Shown here piece by piece: positions 21,043 to 30,969 of a stretch of 64,000 bases of DNA; the first letter of the stretch is position 1; each line of letters starts with the position of its first letter. The DNA comes from Waddliaceae bacterium (lineage in GTDB: Bacteria > Chlamydiota > Chlamydiia > Chlamydiales > Waddliaceae). The stretch is from assembly GCA_963724325.1 (NCBI GenBank), contig CAVRUH010000007.1, positions 352,001-416,000 on the forward strand, written 5' to 3'. The notes below the pieces were generated by a model that searched no databases, was not told the DNA's origin, and worked only from the letters and a program-made list of their open reading frames with translations. The translations under genes and the position numbers were made by a program.

Positions 21043-21079
21043 GGAATATACCAAAAATTTGACAAATAATTAATTTAAT
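21043..21079 (+). repeat. 37-bp direct repeat, copy 1 (copy 2 is split by the IS: 21810-21829 plus 23675-23691)
   Basis: GGAATATACCAAAAATTTGACAAATAATTAATTTAAT. Confidence 0.85.
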
Positions 21080-21444
21080 TTCTTAAAAGTGTTAGTGGGT
21101 AAATGTTGAGCATCATTGAGAATTTTTTCAAGTTGCAAGATTAGCTTTGGGATTTCTTCGGAAAGAGCCTGCCAGACAATGTCGTAGTCAATATCAAAAT
21201 AGGCGTGAATTAATCTATTGCGCATTCCTACGATTGCTCGCCATTGAATTTTGGGGTATTTTAACTGAAATGATTTTGAGATATTAGCAGCTGCCTCACC
21301 TACGATTTCTAATGCTCTAATAACCGCAAAACAAAGCATTCTGTCTCTTTCAAGTTCTTTACGCTCTTTGTTTTTTCCAAATTCAAGAGAAGCCTGTGCG
21401 GCTTCTAGCATATGTTTAAGTCGTACAAAATCGTTCTTTTCCAT
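21070..21444 (-). CDS. HEPN/DUF86 RNase toxin (HepT-like)
   Basis: LEIVGEAA; WRAIVGMRNRLIHAYF (RX4HXY motif). Confidence 0.92.
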   Translation of the reverse strand: MEKNDFVRLKHMLEAAQASLEFGKNKERKELERDRMLCFAVIRALEIVGEAAANISKSFQLKYPKIQWRAIVGMRNRLIHAYFDIDYDIVWQALSEEIPKLILQLEKILNDAQHLPTNTFKKLN

Positions 21445-21751
21445 ATAATTGGTATGCCTCAGCGATAACTTCGTTTCTAAAATAGGGACTTAAATCTTTT
21501 GGAGTGCGTAGGTCAACTCTTCTGCCGATAATTTCTTCTAATTCAAACTCCATTTCAGATATTCCGAGAAGTCCAGGTATATGTTTTGAATCGAATTCAA
21601 CTAACATATCAACATCACTTTTTTTGCGAAAACGTCGAGTTAATATTGAGCCAAATAAGGCAAGCTTTCGTATGTGGTTTCTTGAGCAAAATCTTTTAAT
21701 CCTTTCTAGAGGGATTTCAAGATTTGACTGTATTGTATTGATTGTCTCCAT
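21416..21751 (-). CDS. Minimal nucleotidyltransferase antitoxin (MntA-like)
   Basis: LFGS...SDVDMLVEF, GRRVDL; start at METINT (ATG 21751) preferred to the ORF-track start inside the IS end. Confidence 0.9.
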   Translation of the reverse strand: METINTIQSNLEIPLERIKRFCSRNHIRKLALFGSILTRRFRKKSDVDMLVEFDSKHIPGLLGISEMEFELEEIIGRRVDLRTPKDLSPYFRNEVIAEAYQLYGKERFCTT

Positions 21752-21829
21752 ATCAAAAATACTAGCAGAATGTGATGAATATTTCAATATTCTTTTTCCC
21801 AGCAGGTATGGAATATACCAAAAATTTGA

Positions 21830-23659
21830 CGGGAAAGTAGGGGCACATGTTGACCCCCCTACCACCTATGATAAGATTAAATTAAAGTGTTTAGGAACCA
21901 AATATAAAGAGAAATTAATGTATGCAATGAAAGTTTATTATGAAGATATAAAAATAATTTTAAACATTCCTAGAAAAATTTGAATATAATAAGGCAATGA
22001 AAATTAAAGTTGGCTTCGATTGTGCATTGCCACCACTGCCCTGCGAAATTCTGCTGGTTGTATGGTTAGCGATAAATCATCCCCTGTTATTTTATCTTTC
22101 ACATACTTCTCATAAACGTTCAGGCTTTGCCAAGGATGATCTTTCATAAATAGCTTGAGAAATTCGAGATTGTTATGACAGTTATCGTTTACTACGGGAG
22201 AGCCGTCTTTGAGTAGCTTATGTATCCACCCCCCGATATTTTTGATTTGTTTTCCTTCGTGTATTCTTTTATAGGCAAATTTCACTACATCTACTAAGCG
22301 TTGTGAATGGTATTTTCTAGTCCAATAATTAAGAGTGTCATCATCTACATTAAGCTTTTGCTTCTTTAGCCATAAATATACCCTATTTTGTTCCGCGGTT
22401 AATTTGTAGGGTGACTTGCTGTTGATTTCGTTGGTTTTACTGGTATTATTCAGATGCATACTTCTACCTCCAAATTGGCATGCAATATGCATATTTATAT
22501 CAAGAATTTGTTTTAAAAAAAAGACTTCATTACTAGGATGACCTTCGAGTAAAGGAGGCATCCGTAATGAAGTCAAAACATGAACCAACACCGTACTGTA
22601 ATATGGTTAACAAAAGAAGTAAAGCAGAACAAGAGGCAATTCGCTTGCAAATGGTGAGATATGCCGAAAAACATGGGAAAAATGCTACCGAAAAGAAATT
22701 TGGGTGTAGCAAAAATACTGTTGATCTTTGGGTTGAAAGATATAAAATTGAAGGACGTTCCGGACTAGTTAATCGTAGCCGGGCCCCTAAGAATATTCCA
22801 CATAAAACATCTCAGGAAGACGAAGATTATATCGTTAAGTGTCGCAAGGAAGTTCCGTGTTACGGACCGAAACGACTGAAATGGTTTTTTGAGATTAAGG
22901 CTTCTGAAGATGCTATAAGAAGGATTCTTAAGTCCAGGGGCTTGGCAAGAAAGCGAAAGAAAAAGCACCATACAAAAAACGATCTCCGAGCAATTAAGGC
23001 AAAATATAAAGCACTCACACACCATCAAGAAGATGTTAAGCATCTGAAGGACATTCCGTATTATTGGACACAAATGCAATCACTAGGCCTTCCTAAATAT
23101 CAATATACGATTAGAGATACGAAAAGTGGTGGTACAGTTTTAGGATTCGCTGATGAATACAGTGAACAGTATTCAATACTATTCACTTCGTTTTATTTAG
23201 ATTGGCTAAAGTATTTCAAGGTTGATTTGAGTGAAGTAATTGTGCAGACGGACAATGGAAGCGAATTTGGTGGTGGAAGGCAACGCGGTGTAAAGGTGGA
23301 TGGATTTGTCGATCTTATAGAGAGTCGGTTTGGTGCCAAGCATAATTATATTCCTCCGAGTATGAGCAATGCGAATGCAGATGTCGAAAGTATACACAAT
23401 ACGATTGAAGTTGAATTTTTTGATTTAGAGAAGTTCAGTTCAAGGGATGATTTCTTCATAAAGACTCAAATGTATCAAAATTTCTATAATTTTTCGCGAC
23501 CTAACTTTTCTAAAAAAGCTAAGACACCTGTACAAATAATAACAGAAGATAGAAATATTAGCCCGTCCGTGTTATTTACACCTATAGTTGATCTCGATAA
23601 ATTATATAGAAGTCAGTTTTTCCCTGGAGAGGGGGGTCAACATGTTCCCAATTTGTCCG
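21830..23659 (+). mobile_element. IS481-like insertion element (1830 bp) with passenger ORF and 15-bp target-site duplication
   Basis: Imperfect terminal IRs CGG...ACATGTTGACCCCCCT / AGGGGGGTCAACATGT...CCG; ATACCAAAAATTTGA on both flanks (21815-21829, 23660-23674); DDE transposase inside. Confidence 0.88.
22004..22591 (-). CDS. Passenger hypothetical protein inside the IS (true start uncertain, possibly an internal ATG)
   Basis: ORF lies wholly between the IRs, divergent from the transposase; helical basic protein with IKNIGGWIHKLL. Confidence 0.55.
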   Translation of the reverse strand: MLVHVLTSLRMPPLLEGHPSNEVFFLKQILDINMHIACQFGGRSMHLNNTSKTNEINSKSPYKLTAEQNRVYLWLKKQKLNVDDDTLNYWTRKYHSQRLVDVVKFAYKRIHEGKQIKNIGGWIHKLLKDGSPVVNDNCHNNLEFLKLFMKDHPWQSLNVYEKYVKDKITGDDLSLTIQPAEFRRAVVAMHNRSQL

Positions 23660-23685
23660 ATACCAAAAATTTGACAAATAATTAA
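22567..23685 (+). CDS. IS481-family-like DDE transposase
   Basis: N-terminal HTH (WVERYKIEGRSGLVNRSRAP), YGPKRL, catalytic QEDVK / QTDNGSEF / NADVES; stop lies outside the right IR. Confidence 0.9.
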   Translation: MKSKHEPTPYCNMVNKRSKAEQEAIRLQMVRYAEKHGKNATEKKFGCSKNTVDLWVERYKIEGRSGLVNRSRAPKNIPHKTSQEDEDYIVKCRKEVPCYGPKRLKWFFEIKASEDAIRRILKSRGLARKRKKKHHTKNDLRAIKAKYKALTHHQEDVKHLKDIPYYWTQMQSLGLPKYQYTIRDTKSGGTVLGFADEYSEQYSILFTSFYLDWLKYFKVDLSEVIVQTDNGSEFGGGRQRGVKVDGFVDLIESRFGAKHNYIPPSMSNANADVESIHNTIEVEFFDLEKFSSRDDFFIKTQMYQNFYNFSRPNFSKKAKTPVQIITEDRNISPSVLFTPIVDLDKLYRSQFFPGEGGQHVPNLSDTKNLTNN

Positions 23686-23734
23686 TTTAATGTTTTAATA
23701 GTTATAGGTAGATTGTAATAATTAGAGGTGTTTT

Positions 23735-24427
23735 ATGTCAGACATGAATATTAGATCACATTTAAATCAGACTAATTCAATAGGTGAATTAAAGAATCTG
23801 GTAGGTGGCTTAGATCGCCAAATAGGCAAGTGGGGAGGGAGGGAAGTCACTTTGAAAGGATTTGAAGGAAACGTTGCATTGAAAGATGTTGTTAAAAAAT
23901 TTCTCGAGATCTCTAAGACCCTTGATCCAAAAAACACAGCAGAGATTGCTGACTTTAAAGAGCTAAAAGAAAAAATTATTACTATTAGTAAAGATTTGAA
24001 TAAAAAACATGAAAAGGCAACCGATAGTAAAGTAATACCATTTTTTGCACGGCACTTTGGTAAGAATGATAAACTTGATGTATTTAAATTTGAAATGGCA
24101 GCACTCTCACCAACTGATAAAGAATCAATAAAAACAGCTTATACTGGGTCAATTAGTAATGAACTAAAAATGTTGTCGAAAAATAAAGTAGGTGAAGCTA
24201 CCGTTAAGAAGCATATGCCGAAGACATATCGGTTATTGAAGCAACTCGCATCGAGTACTAAAACTGAGGATGAACTCGGTGAACTAAGATTGAAATTGGC
24301 GGATACATATCAATTAGAACGAAGAAAAGTTCAAGGTAAACTTTTTTCTGGTCACTTGGACAAAGCAATAGACAATGAATTGTCATTTATTAGCATTATT
24401 CAAAAAATAAAGTCAACTCTTAGCTAA
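23735..24427 (+). CDS. Lysine-rich hypothetical protein (candidate effector)
   Basis: GAGGTG RBS; TTGACA-17 bp-TTTAAT upstream; no recognised domain. Confidence 0.65.
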   Translation: MSDMNIRSHLNQTNSIGELKNLVGGLDRQIGKWGGREVTLKGFEGNVALKDVVKKFLEISKTLDPKNTAEIADFKELKEKIITISKDLNKKHEKATDSKVIPFFARHFGKNDKLDVFKFEMAALSPTDKESIKTAYTGSISNELKMLSKNKVGEATVKKHMPKTYRLLKQLASSTKTEDELGELRLKLADTYQLERRKVQGKLFSGHLDKAIDNELSFISIIQKIKSTLS

Positions 24428-24455
24428 TATAATATTCACAGGTTCATGTAGCATT

Positions 24456-26723
24456 TTAATATTCTTTTTTCCAGATTAGGTTTGCTTGACCATTGCCGTC
24501 GTCGTCTACTTCGGCTTGGAATTTTATGTTTTTGCGAAGGATGGTTTCGATGCCAACGCTATGGACATCTTCGGTGGTGCTGGTATTTGTATTGCGACTT
24601 AAGGTCAGAAAGGTCTTCTTTGAAATATATTTGCCGACTTGAAGATTGACCCCATCAGTGCCATTTGATCCGGAAAATTCCAAACGATCGATTCCCAGGG
24701 ACGTTTGCAGGCGTGTCAATAGGTCCTGGCTGTTGTCAGCAGACTTTATCAGGTCAGTGATTGATTCATTTAGTTGCGTTCCCTGGAATTGTGAAATGTC
24801 TGAAAGTCCCTTGTTAAATAGAATCCATGAAAGAATTTCACGTTGAGACATTGGGGGCGTGGATCGAAAAGATATTGCAGGGTTTTGGGTCGACCCTTTT
24901 ACGATCACTTGGACGGTCACTCTATCAATTTCCATTTCAGCAATAACATACATGGTTGTATCTTTTTCGATATCTCCTTTGAATTCAATGGAACCAGATT
25001 TAATATCAAATTGCTTTCCGCGAAACAGGTAGGAACCCTCTTTTAGGCGCATTTCACCATTGACTAAGTATTCGTCGACATTCCCTGTAATGACTGCTTT
25101 TCCCTTCCATTCGGATTTTAATCCAGTCCCAGTTACTGAAGCTTCTTTATTCACTTTGACCTTTATATTGAATTCCAAAGGCCATCCTAGACCTGATTTT
25201 TTGAACTTCGTGGGAAGCGGCTCATTGGCAGGTTGATTGATGTATGAGACCTCCAAATTTTTTCTATTTGTCGGAGCTTGATCTGGAATATGAAACTTGA
25301 TAGAGTCAGCTACTATTTCAGCTTCTATGACGGCTCCTTCGAAATTTCCTTTGAATGTGACATCTCCTGTAGCATAGGCCTTGAAGATGTCTAGGTTGAA
25401 AATTTCAGTATTTTCAATTTTTAAACGCACTTCAAATGGAAAATGTTCATGGAGGCTTAATTTCATTTCCCCGTTGCCAGAAAATTTTCCTTCTGTGGTG
25501 TCGGTTCCTTTTATTTGGCTAAGGGTAACTTTTTCTCCCTCAATAATCACCTTGCATTCGATATCTTTGAATGAACATCCAAGATCATAGCTTTCATAGG
25601 CAAAATTCTTAATGTCAATATCGCAAAGAGGCGTACCATTTGAAAAGTCAACTCCAAATGAAAGCTGCCCATGAATGTTTGAGGTATCGGCACCAATCAG
25701 TCTGATGATGTCGGCTATTTCGAGCGATGCTACAAATTTGGGTGAAAGAGGGGAATCCCAGGTCATGTTTCCTGAGAAATGGTATTCCCGTCCATCTTTG
25801 ATGAAGTCTAGCCCCAATTTGCTTTGAGTCGATACGATAATTGCAATTTTTTCAAAAATATCATTTCCATTTTGAATTCTATCGCTAAAAAACTCTGCAT
25901 GCAGCTTGGGATTTAAAATATTGCCGCTCAACTGAATATTCCCTTTGAAGTTTCCTTGAACTCGAGTAAAATTGGACAGCTCAAGGGATTTAATGACAAC
26001 ATTCGACCGAAGGATTTTCCAGTCTTTGTCGATATCAAGCTCTCCTTCCCACAGGACGGGACCCGCTCGCCCTTTTAATTCACTAAGATTGGTGATTCCA
26101 TTATTCATAAACACAAATTTGCCTTCTAGAGTATCAGCTGTCGGCAGGGTTAATCGAAAATGGCCTACATCCTTTAAAAGCGAAAGAGTTGTTTGGAAGG
26201 TTTTTCCTGGGACATTAGCATTTGTAAATCTGAGAATTCCATTAAAATAATCGATTTCCGGATCTATGGAAACGTTTCCTTCGAGAATGCTTTTCTCTGT
26301 GTAAATATTGAGGTCATCGAATGGGGATTTGACGTTTTGAATTTTCAGGTCATTGATAATGATTTTGAAGGGGAGAGAGCCGGAACTTTTGGAGACTTCG
26401 GGAATTTTTTTTATGTCGATATCATCAATGTGAAGATAATGAAAGGTCAGATTTCCGTTTATGATGAAGTCAATGGGTGATACTTTGAGGCTTAAGGAAT
26501 GGATTTCTGCGTCATGGTTTATATGAATATTAGTTGCTGTAACGTGGAAGGGGGGAAGTAAACTGATTTCACCAATGGTGATTTGAAAATCGGTATTTTC
26601 TTTCGTCCAATTTTCGATATAGCTTTTTACGTAATTTTTAACAGCATCTGTGTGCAAACAAGCAAAAAGAAGGAGATAGCTCCCAAGAATAAATGCGGCG
26701 ATGTATGTAAAAAACTTCCTCAA
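24456..26723 (-). CDS. tamB: Translocation/assembly module TamB-like protein
   Basis: N-terminal anchor, beta-rich body, C-terminal STPPMSQREILSWILF / VGKYIS; follows a TamA-like gene. Confidence 0.82.
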   Translation of the reverse strand: MRKFFTYIAAFILGSYLLLFACLHTDAVKNYVKSYIENWTKENTDFQITIGEISLLPPFHVTATNIHINHDAEIHSLSLKVSPIDFIINGNLTFHYLHIDDIDIKKIPEVSKSSGSLPFKIIINDLKIQNVKSPFDDLNIYTEKSILEGNVSIDPEIDYFNGILRFTNANVPGKTFQTTLSLLKDVGHFRLTLPTADTLEGKFVFMNNGITNLSELKGRAGPVLWEGELDIDKDWKILRSNVVIKSLELSNFTRVQGNFKGNIQLSGNILNPKLHAEFFSDRIQNGNDIFEKIAIIVSTQSKLGLDFIKDGREYHFSGNMTWDSPLSPKFVASLEIADIIRLIGADTSNIHGQLSFGVDFSNGTPLCDIDIKNFAYESYDLGCSFKDIECKVIIEGEKVTLSQIKGTDTTEGKFSGNGEMKLSLHEHFPFEVRLKIENTEIFNLDIFKAYATGDVTFKGNFEGAVIEAEIVADSIKFHIPDQAPTNRKNLEVSYINQPANEPLPTKFKKSGLGWPLEFNIKVKVNKEASVTGTGLKSEWKGKAVITGNVDEYLVNGEMRLKEGSYLFRGKQFDIKSGSIEFKGDIEKDTTMYVIAEMEIDRVTVQVIVKGSTQNPAISFRSTPPMSQREILSWILFNKGLSDISQFQGTQLNESITDLIKSADNSQDLLTRLQTSLGIDRLEFSGSNGTDGVNLQVGKYISKKTFLTLSRNTNTSTTEDVHSVGIETILRKNIKFQAEVDDDGNGQANLIWKKEY

Positions 26724-28471
26724 AACGATTGCCCCACACTGAAATACAGTTGAAAACTATTATCTTTTCCTGGTCGTTTATTTAGTGGAAAAGCGACATC
26801 AAGTCTAAGTGGTCCTACAGGAGTATAATATCTAGCACCCACTCCAAAAGATTTCAATAGCCTTTTATTAAAATTTGGAATGGCTGGCCTGTAAACGTTA
26901 CCGGCGTCCATAAATAAGACTGCACCCCAAGTGTCAGTCAACTTCCAACGTCCCTCTAAAGTATATATAATCATGGAACGGCCTCCAATTGGCTCGTGCT
27001 TTTCATACGGACTTACAGTATAATATTTATAGCCTCGCAGAGTACTTTCGGATCCAGCAAAAAAACGCTCTGGGGTGGGTATAATTCCTTCTGGAGCGCC
27101 CAGAATAGACCCCACATTTATTTTGGAAGCAATGACGAAGGAACCATCAGATTTGACTGGATAGTAGGCTGATCCAATAAATTGATTGACTTCATAAAAG
27201 AACTTGCCATTCAAAAATTGGAAAGTTGGGACAGTTCTAAAAAATAGAGAATAACCAGTGGTGGGATCAAGTAAATCGTCGGTATTATTAAGTTTATACT
27301 GAAAGGGTGTTTTCAAAAGACTAAAACTTCCATTGTTGTCAGAATCGCTTGTTTGAAGCTGCTTGTAGGTAATTCCAAGAGAAACGCGCGATTTTTTTGT
27401 CAGCTGCCTCTCTAAAGCGGCTCCTATTGTTCCCGATCTTTCTGTGTATCCTTCGGTTACATCGTGCTTTAATTCGACATTAGAAACCAAATCTTGATTC
27501 AGCATCAAAAAATCGGGTTTTAAAAAGTTAAGTTTTAACTCCTGCGTTTTTTGCAGTATGTTCGCTTCGAAAAACAATTTTTCTCCCATGGAAAATAAAT
27601 TGCGATGGCTCCATTCAAGCGTAACACCTGCACCCCGTTGCGTTGAGTAACAGACTCCAAAAGCTATGCTTCGATGTTTTGACTCAGACACATCAATTTC
27701 TATAGGTAAAATATTGCCCTCCAGAACATCATCAGCAGGAATGATTGCAATAGATTTGAAAAGTCCTGTTGACTCCAAAGCTGCTAAAGTAAGATCAATT
27801 CTGTCTGGATCATATTCTTCTCCCTCACACCAGTAGATTTTATTGCGAATAAAAATTTCCAAAACATCGTCATTCCCTTTAATTGTTGCGGGTCCGAAAT
27901 AGGCTAGAGGGCCTGCTTCAACTTCAATAGTGACATTAATTTGTTTGGTTGACTGATCTGCAACGACAGATCTTTTGACGATTTTTGCGAGTGGATGTCC
28001 CTGTTTCTTCAAAAGATAGATAAGGTTTTTTTCAGCTTCCAAAATAGTGCCAGGAAGGGCTGGCAAGGGAAGGGCAAGATCCAGATCTTCGGGTGATATT
28101 TTTAAAGATTCGGGCAGGATTTTAAATGAATTTAATGGATAAATCGGACCTGTTTCGACATTGACAATCACAACAGCAGGGGTTTGTGAGAAATCGTATT
28201 TCATTTCGACACGTGCATTATAATAGGCCATGCTATGGAGGGCATCGACGAGGCGGGCGACATCATCTTCGGCGCGGTGGCGGAGGGCCAAGTCGGAACC
28301 TGGAGACCTCTCCTGTAGTTTTACCAAATCCGATCTTTCCATCAATGTACTGATTATTGATGCATCTTCCGTTCCTTCAAATTTCACTTCGTAACCATCA
28401 GCAAAGCAACCAGTAAAAACAAAAAGGAATAGAACGAAAAGCACCCGTCTTACTTTCGTCATCATATCCAA
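26720..28471 (-). CDS. tamA: Omp85/TamA-family outer membrane protein
   Basis: POTRA-like repeats, RFFAGSESTLRGY, YYTPVGPLRLDVAFP, terminal GQSF. Confidence 0.88.
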   Translation of the reverse strand: MDMMTKVRRVLFVLFLFVFTGCFADGYEVKFEGTEDASIISTLMERSDLVKLQERSPGSDLALRHRAEDDVARLVDALHSMAYYNARVEMKYDFSQTPAVVIVNVETGPIYPLNSFKILPESLKISPEDLDLALPLPALPGTILEAEKNLIYLLKKQGHPLAKIVKRSVVADQSTKQINVTIEVEAGPLAYFGPATIKGNDDVLEIFIRNKIYWCEGEEYDPDRIDLTLAALESTGLFKSIAIIPADDVLEGNILPIEIDVSESKHRSIAFGVCYSTQRGAGVTLEWSHRNLFSMGEKLFFEANILQKTQELKLNFLKPDFLMLNQDLVSNVELKHDVTEGYTERSGTIGAALERQLTKKSRVSLGITYKQLQTSDSDNNGSFSLLKTPFQYKLNNTDDLLDPTTGYSLFFRTVPTFQFLNGKFFYEVNQFIGSAYYPVKSDGSFVIASKINVGSILGAPEGIIPTPERFFAGSESTLRGYKYYTVSPYEKHEPIGGRSMIIYTLEGRWKLTDTWGAVLFMDAGNVYRPAIPNFNKRLLKSFGVGARYYTPVGPLRLDVAFPLNKRPGKDNSFQLYFSVGQSF

Positions 28472-28587
28472 TAATTATCGCTCAAGAGAATCATTTTTGT
28501 ATACAAAATATGCATTTATATGGTAGAATTGTATTAATAACATTTTTAACGTTATTATTATGATTAATTAATGTTTCTAACAATAAG

Positions 28588-29301
28588 GTGAAATTAATGA
28601 AAATTTTAATGAAATTGATTGTAACTTTTATAATGATAATGTCAACCACTACTCCTGGAGTCTCTTTTGCCTCGAAAATTAATGAAGAAGACTTGGTGGA
28701 GGTCACAGGAATCTCTTTTAAAGGTTTAAAAATTTGCCATCAAAATGAATGGCGTAATCTGTCCATTAATATGGAGTATGAAGCAGATGCTGGTGGAAAT
28801 TCCATGGATCTTCAGGCAATGAAAAAACACATCCGTCTTTTTTTAGAAAATTACCCCAATCCTAATGATTTTTGGGAAGTAATGAACACAAATCTTGTGC
28901 ATTCATTGAGACAATCGTATCCTGATATTATTTCGATAAAGAACACTCTAACATTAGCACCCGATCGAACTCTACTTTTTCCTCGTGAATCTATCGTGAG
29001 ATCTCATAGAAATTCGGATTTTCTTAGAGAATCTTTTAACTTCACTAAGCTAAATTATATTATTTGCCAAGAAACCTTTCGTTCCCTAAATATTAATGTA
29101 GCTTGGAGTATAAAGGAAAATCCAGCTATGTCGGATTATCCCGACTATCTATGGATAAATGAGGCAATGGACGAGTTCTTTAAGATGCACCCAGTGAGTC
29201 TTTCGAACTGGAAAAGCCTTAAGCCTAAACTACAGTTACATCTTCTCGAGCGTTTTCCATCTCTGATTGCCTTAGATATTGAGGTTGCCATAGCAGAATA
29301 G
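28588..29301 (+). CDS. Exported hypothetical protein with an internal duplication
   Basis: Signal-peptide-like N-terminus; two similar ~100-aa halves; start could be ATG 28597 or 28609. Confidence 0.6.
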   Translation: MKLMKILMKLIVTFIMIMSTTTPGVSFASKINEEDLVEVTGISFKGLKICHQNEWRNLSINMEYEADAGGNSMDLQAMKKHIRLFLENYPNPNDFWEVMNTNLVHSLRQSYPDIISIKNTLTLAPDRTLLFPRESIVRSHRNSDFLRESFNFTKLNYIICQETFRSLNINVAWSIKENPAMSDYPDYLWINEAMDEFFKMHPVSLSNWKSLKPKLQLHLLERFPSLIALDIEVAIAE

Positions 29302-29336
29302 TTTGCTTTAGTTTAAAAAATTTAAAAGGAGATTTT

Positions 29337-30470
29337 ATGAATCCTGCAAATAACTCATATGAGTCTATGTCACAGTTTAGCTCGCGTATACCCGTTGTCG
29401 ATCTTCGTGACTTCTACGACCCTGCATCAAGGAGCAGGTTTGTTCAGAAGTTGGGGACGGCTTTTCAAAATCATGGTTTTGCAGCAGTAATAAATGCAAA
29501 GATAGACCAATCAATTCTCAATAAGGCATACAGCGCCGTCAGAGATTTTTTTGCCCAGAATATTGAATATAAACGTACTATTCAAAGTACTATAAATAGT
29601 GGCGAGCGGGGTTATGTGACCGGAGAGACACCCAAAAACCAACCGATTGAAGTGACCGATTTTAAGGAAATTCTCCATGTGGGAAGAGAATTTTCCAATG
29701 ACCTCCAGCAGGAACAATTTGACTATCCAAAAAATCTTTGGCCTGAAAACTCCGATATGAAAGATTCCGTAATGCCTTTGTATGAACCAATGGAAGAGAT
29801 AATGCAACCAATTGCATGTGCTGCCGCCGAATACCTAGGGGAGTCTTCGGAACTCTTCTCTAAAATGATGGGAGGAGGCGATCACCTCTTACGGTTTCTT
29901 CACTATTTACGAAGCCCTAATCAAAGTAAACCTTGGGCAGCAGCACATACTGACATGAATTTTCTAACATTTATTCCCAGGAGTTCTTCTGAGGGGCTTC
30001 AAGTGCAGCTTGTAGACCAGTCGTGGGAGGATGTAGTTGTGCCTGAAGATGCATTAGTAATCAATGTCGGAGATAGTCTTGAAAATTTAACAAATGGTTT
30101 CTACCGAAGCGGGGTTCACAGGGTAATATCGAAGCCTGGAAATGATTCAGAACGCTGGTCTGTAGTCTTTCACGGTCACACACGCCATGATCTCGATATG
30201 GGACCTATTTCGAGTACAATACTGAGTAATAACGGCGTACAACGGTTTCCCGATGCAAAAGGATGGGAATTACTTTACTCTCAAATAGCTGCTGTTGGGA
30301 GGGCTTCTCCTTCAATGCTGGAGTCTCTTTCGAAGAGTGGTGTTATGGATCGTATGATAAAATATGGAAAAGCAAGTGAAAAGGTAATGAGAATTCTTGA
30401 CGAACAAAAACTGGCGAGCGAATTGGTATTGGCAGAGCTTGCTCGCATTAATCAAAAAGGATTTAAATAA
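29337..30470 (+). CDS. 2-oxoglutarate/Fe(II) oxygenase, isopenicillin N synthase family
   Basis: IPVVDL, HGF, AHTD, GLQV, VINVGDSLENLTNG, HRV, RWS. Confidence 0.92.
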   Translation: MNPANNSYESMSQFSSRIPVVDLRDFYDPASRSRFVQKLGTAFQNHGFAAVINAKIDQSILNKAYSAVRDFFAQNIEYKRTIQSTINSGERGYVTGETPKNQPIEVTDFKEILHVGREFSNDLQQEQFDYPKNLWPENSDMKDSVMPLYEPMEEIMQPIACAAAEYLGESSELFSKMMGGGDHLLRFLHYLRSPNQSKPWAAAHTDMNFLTFIPRSSSEGLQVQLVDQSWEDVVVPEDALVINVGDSLENLTNGFYRSGVHRVISKPGNDSERWSVVFHGHTRHDLDMGPISSTILSNNGVQRFPDAKGWELLYSQIAAVGRASPSMLESLSKSGVMDRMIKYGKASEKVMRILDEQKLASELVLAELARINQKGFK

Positions 30471-30471
30471 T

Positions 30472-30969
30472 ATGAATACAAGAAGCTTAAAAATTGTAAT
30501 CACTATTTCAATTGCATTAATGTTCACTTTTATCGCGTTTAACAATATAAGTGATTACTGTACTAACTTCAGATTTGTTAGAACTGTTCTTAATATGGAA
30601 TCCATTAAAGCTACAGACATCCAGTGGCGGGCTATAACGAGTCCATTATTGCAACAGGCCTTCTATTTATTCATAATAATTTGGGAAGCCCTCACGGCAA
30701 TCGTTTGTTGGGGAGGTGCTGTGATGATGTTCAGAAATGTAAGTTATAATAGAGGCAAAATGATTGCAACGGCAGGCTTGACTTTGGGATTTTCCCTTTT
30801 TATGATTGGCTTTGTCATTGTTGCGGGTGAATGGTTTTATTTGTGGGATTCTCTTTTGAATACCATGCATTCAAAAGCTATATTGCTTGCACTCTTCCTC
30901 GGCACCTTCGCCTGTTTTGTATCACAAAAAGATGATGTTGAATATTTTTGTGCTATTCCCAAGGATTAA
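30472..30969 (+). CDS. DUF2165-type membrane protein
   Basis: FNNISDYCTNFRFVRTVLNM, WRAITSP, GFVIVAGEWF; ATG at 30472. Confidence 0.8.
   Translation: MNTRSLKIVITISIALMFTFIAFNNISDYCTNFRFVRTVLNMESIKATDIQWRAITSPLLQQAFYLFIIIWEALTAIVCWGGAVMMFRNVSYNRGKMIATAGLTLGFSLFMIGFVIVAGEWFYLWDSLLNTMHSKAILLALFLGTFACFVSQKDDVEYFCAIPKD

Noticed and set aside
21504..21983. 159-aa plus-strand ORF, and the long N-terminal extension of the MNT ORF to 21865
   Set aside because: Both cross the IS left end; antisense or chance read-through
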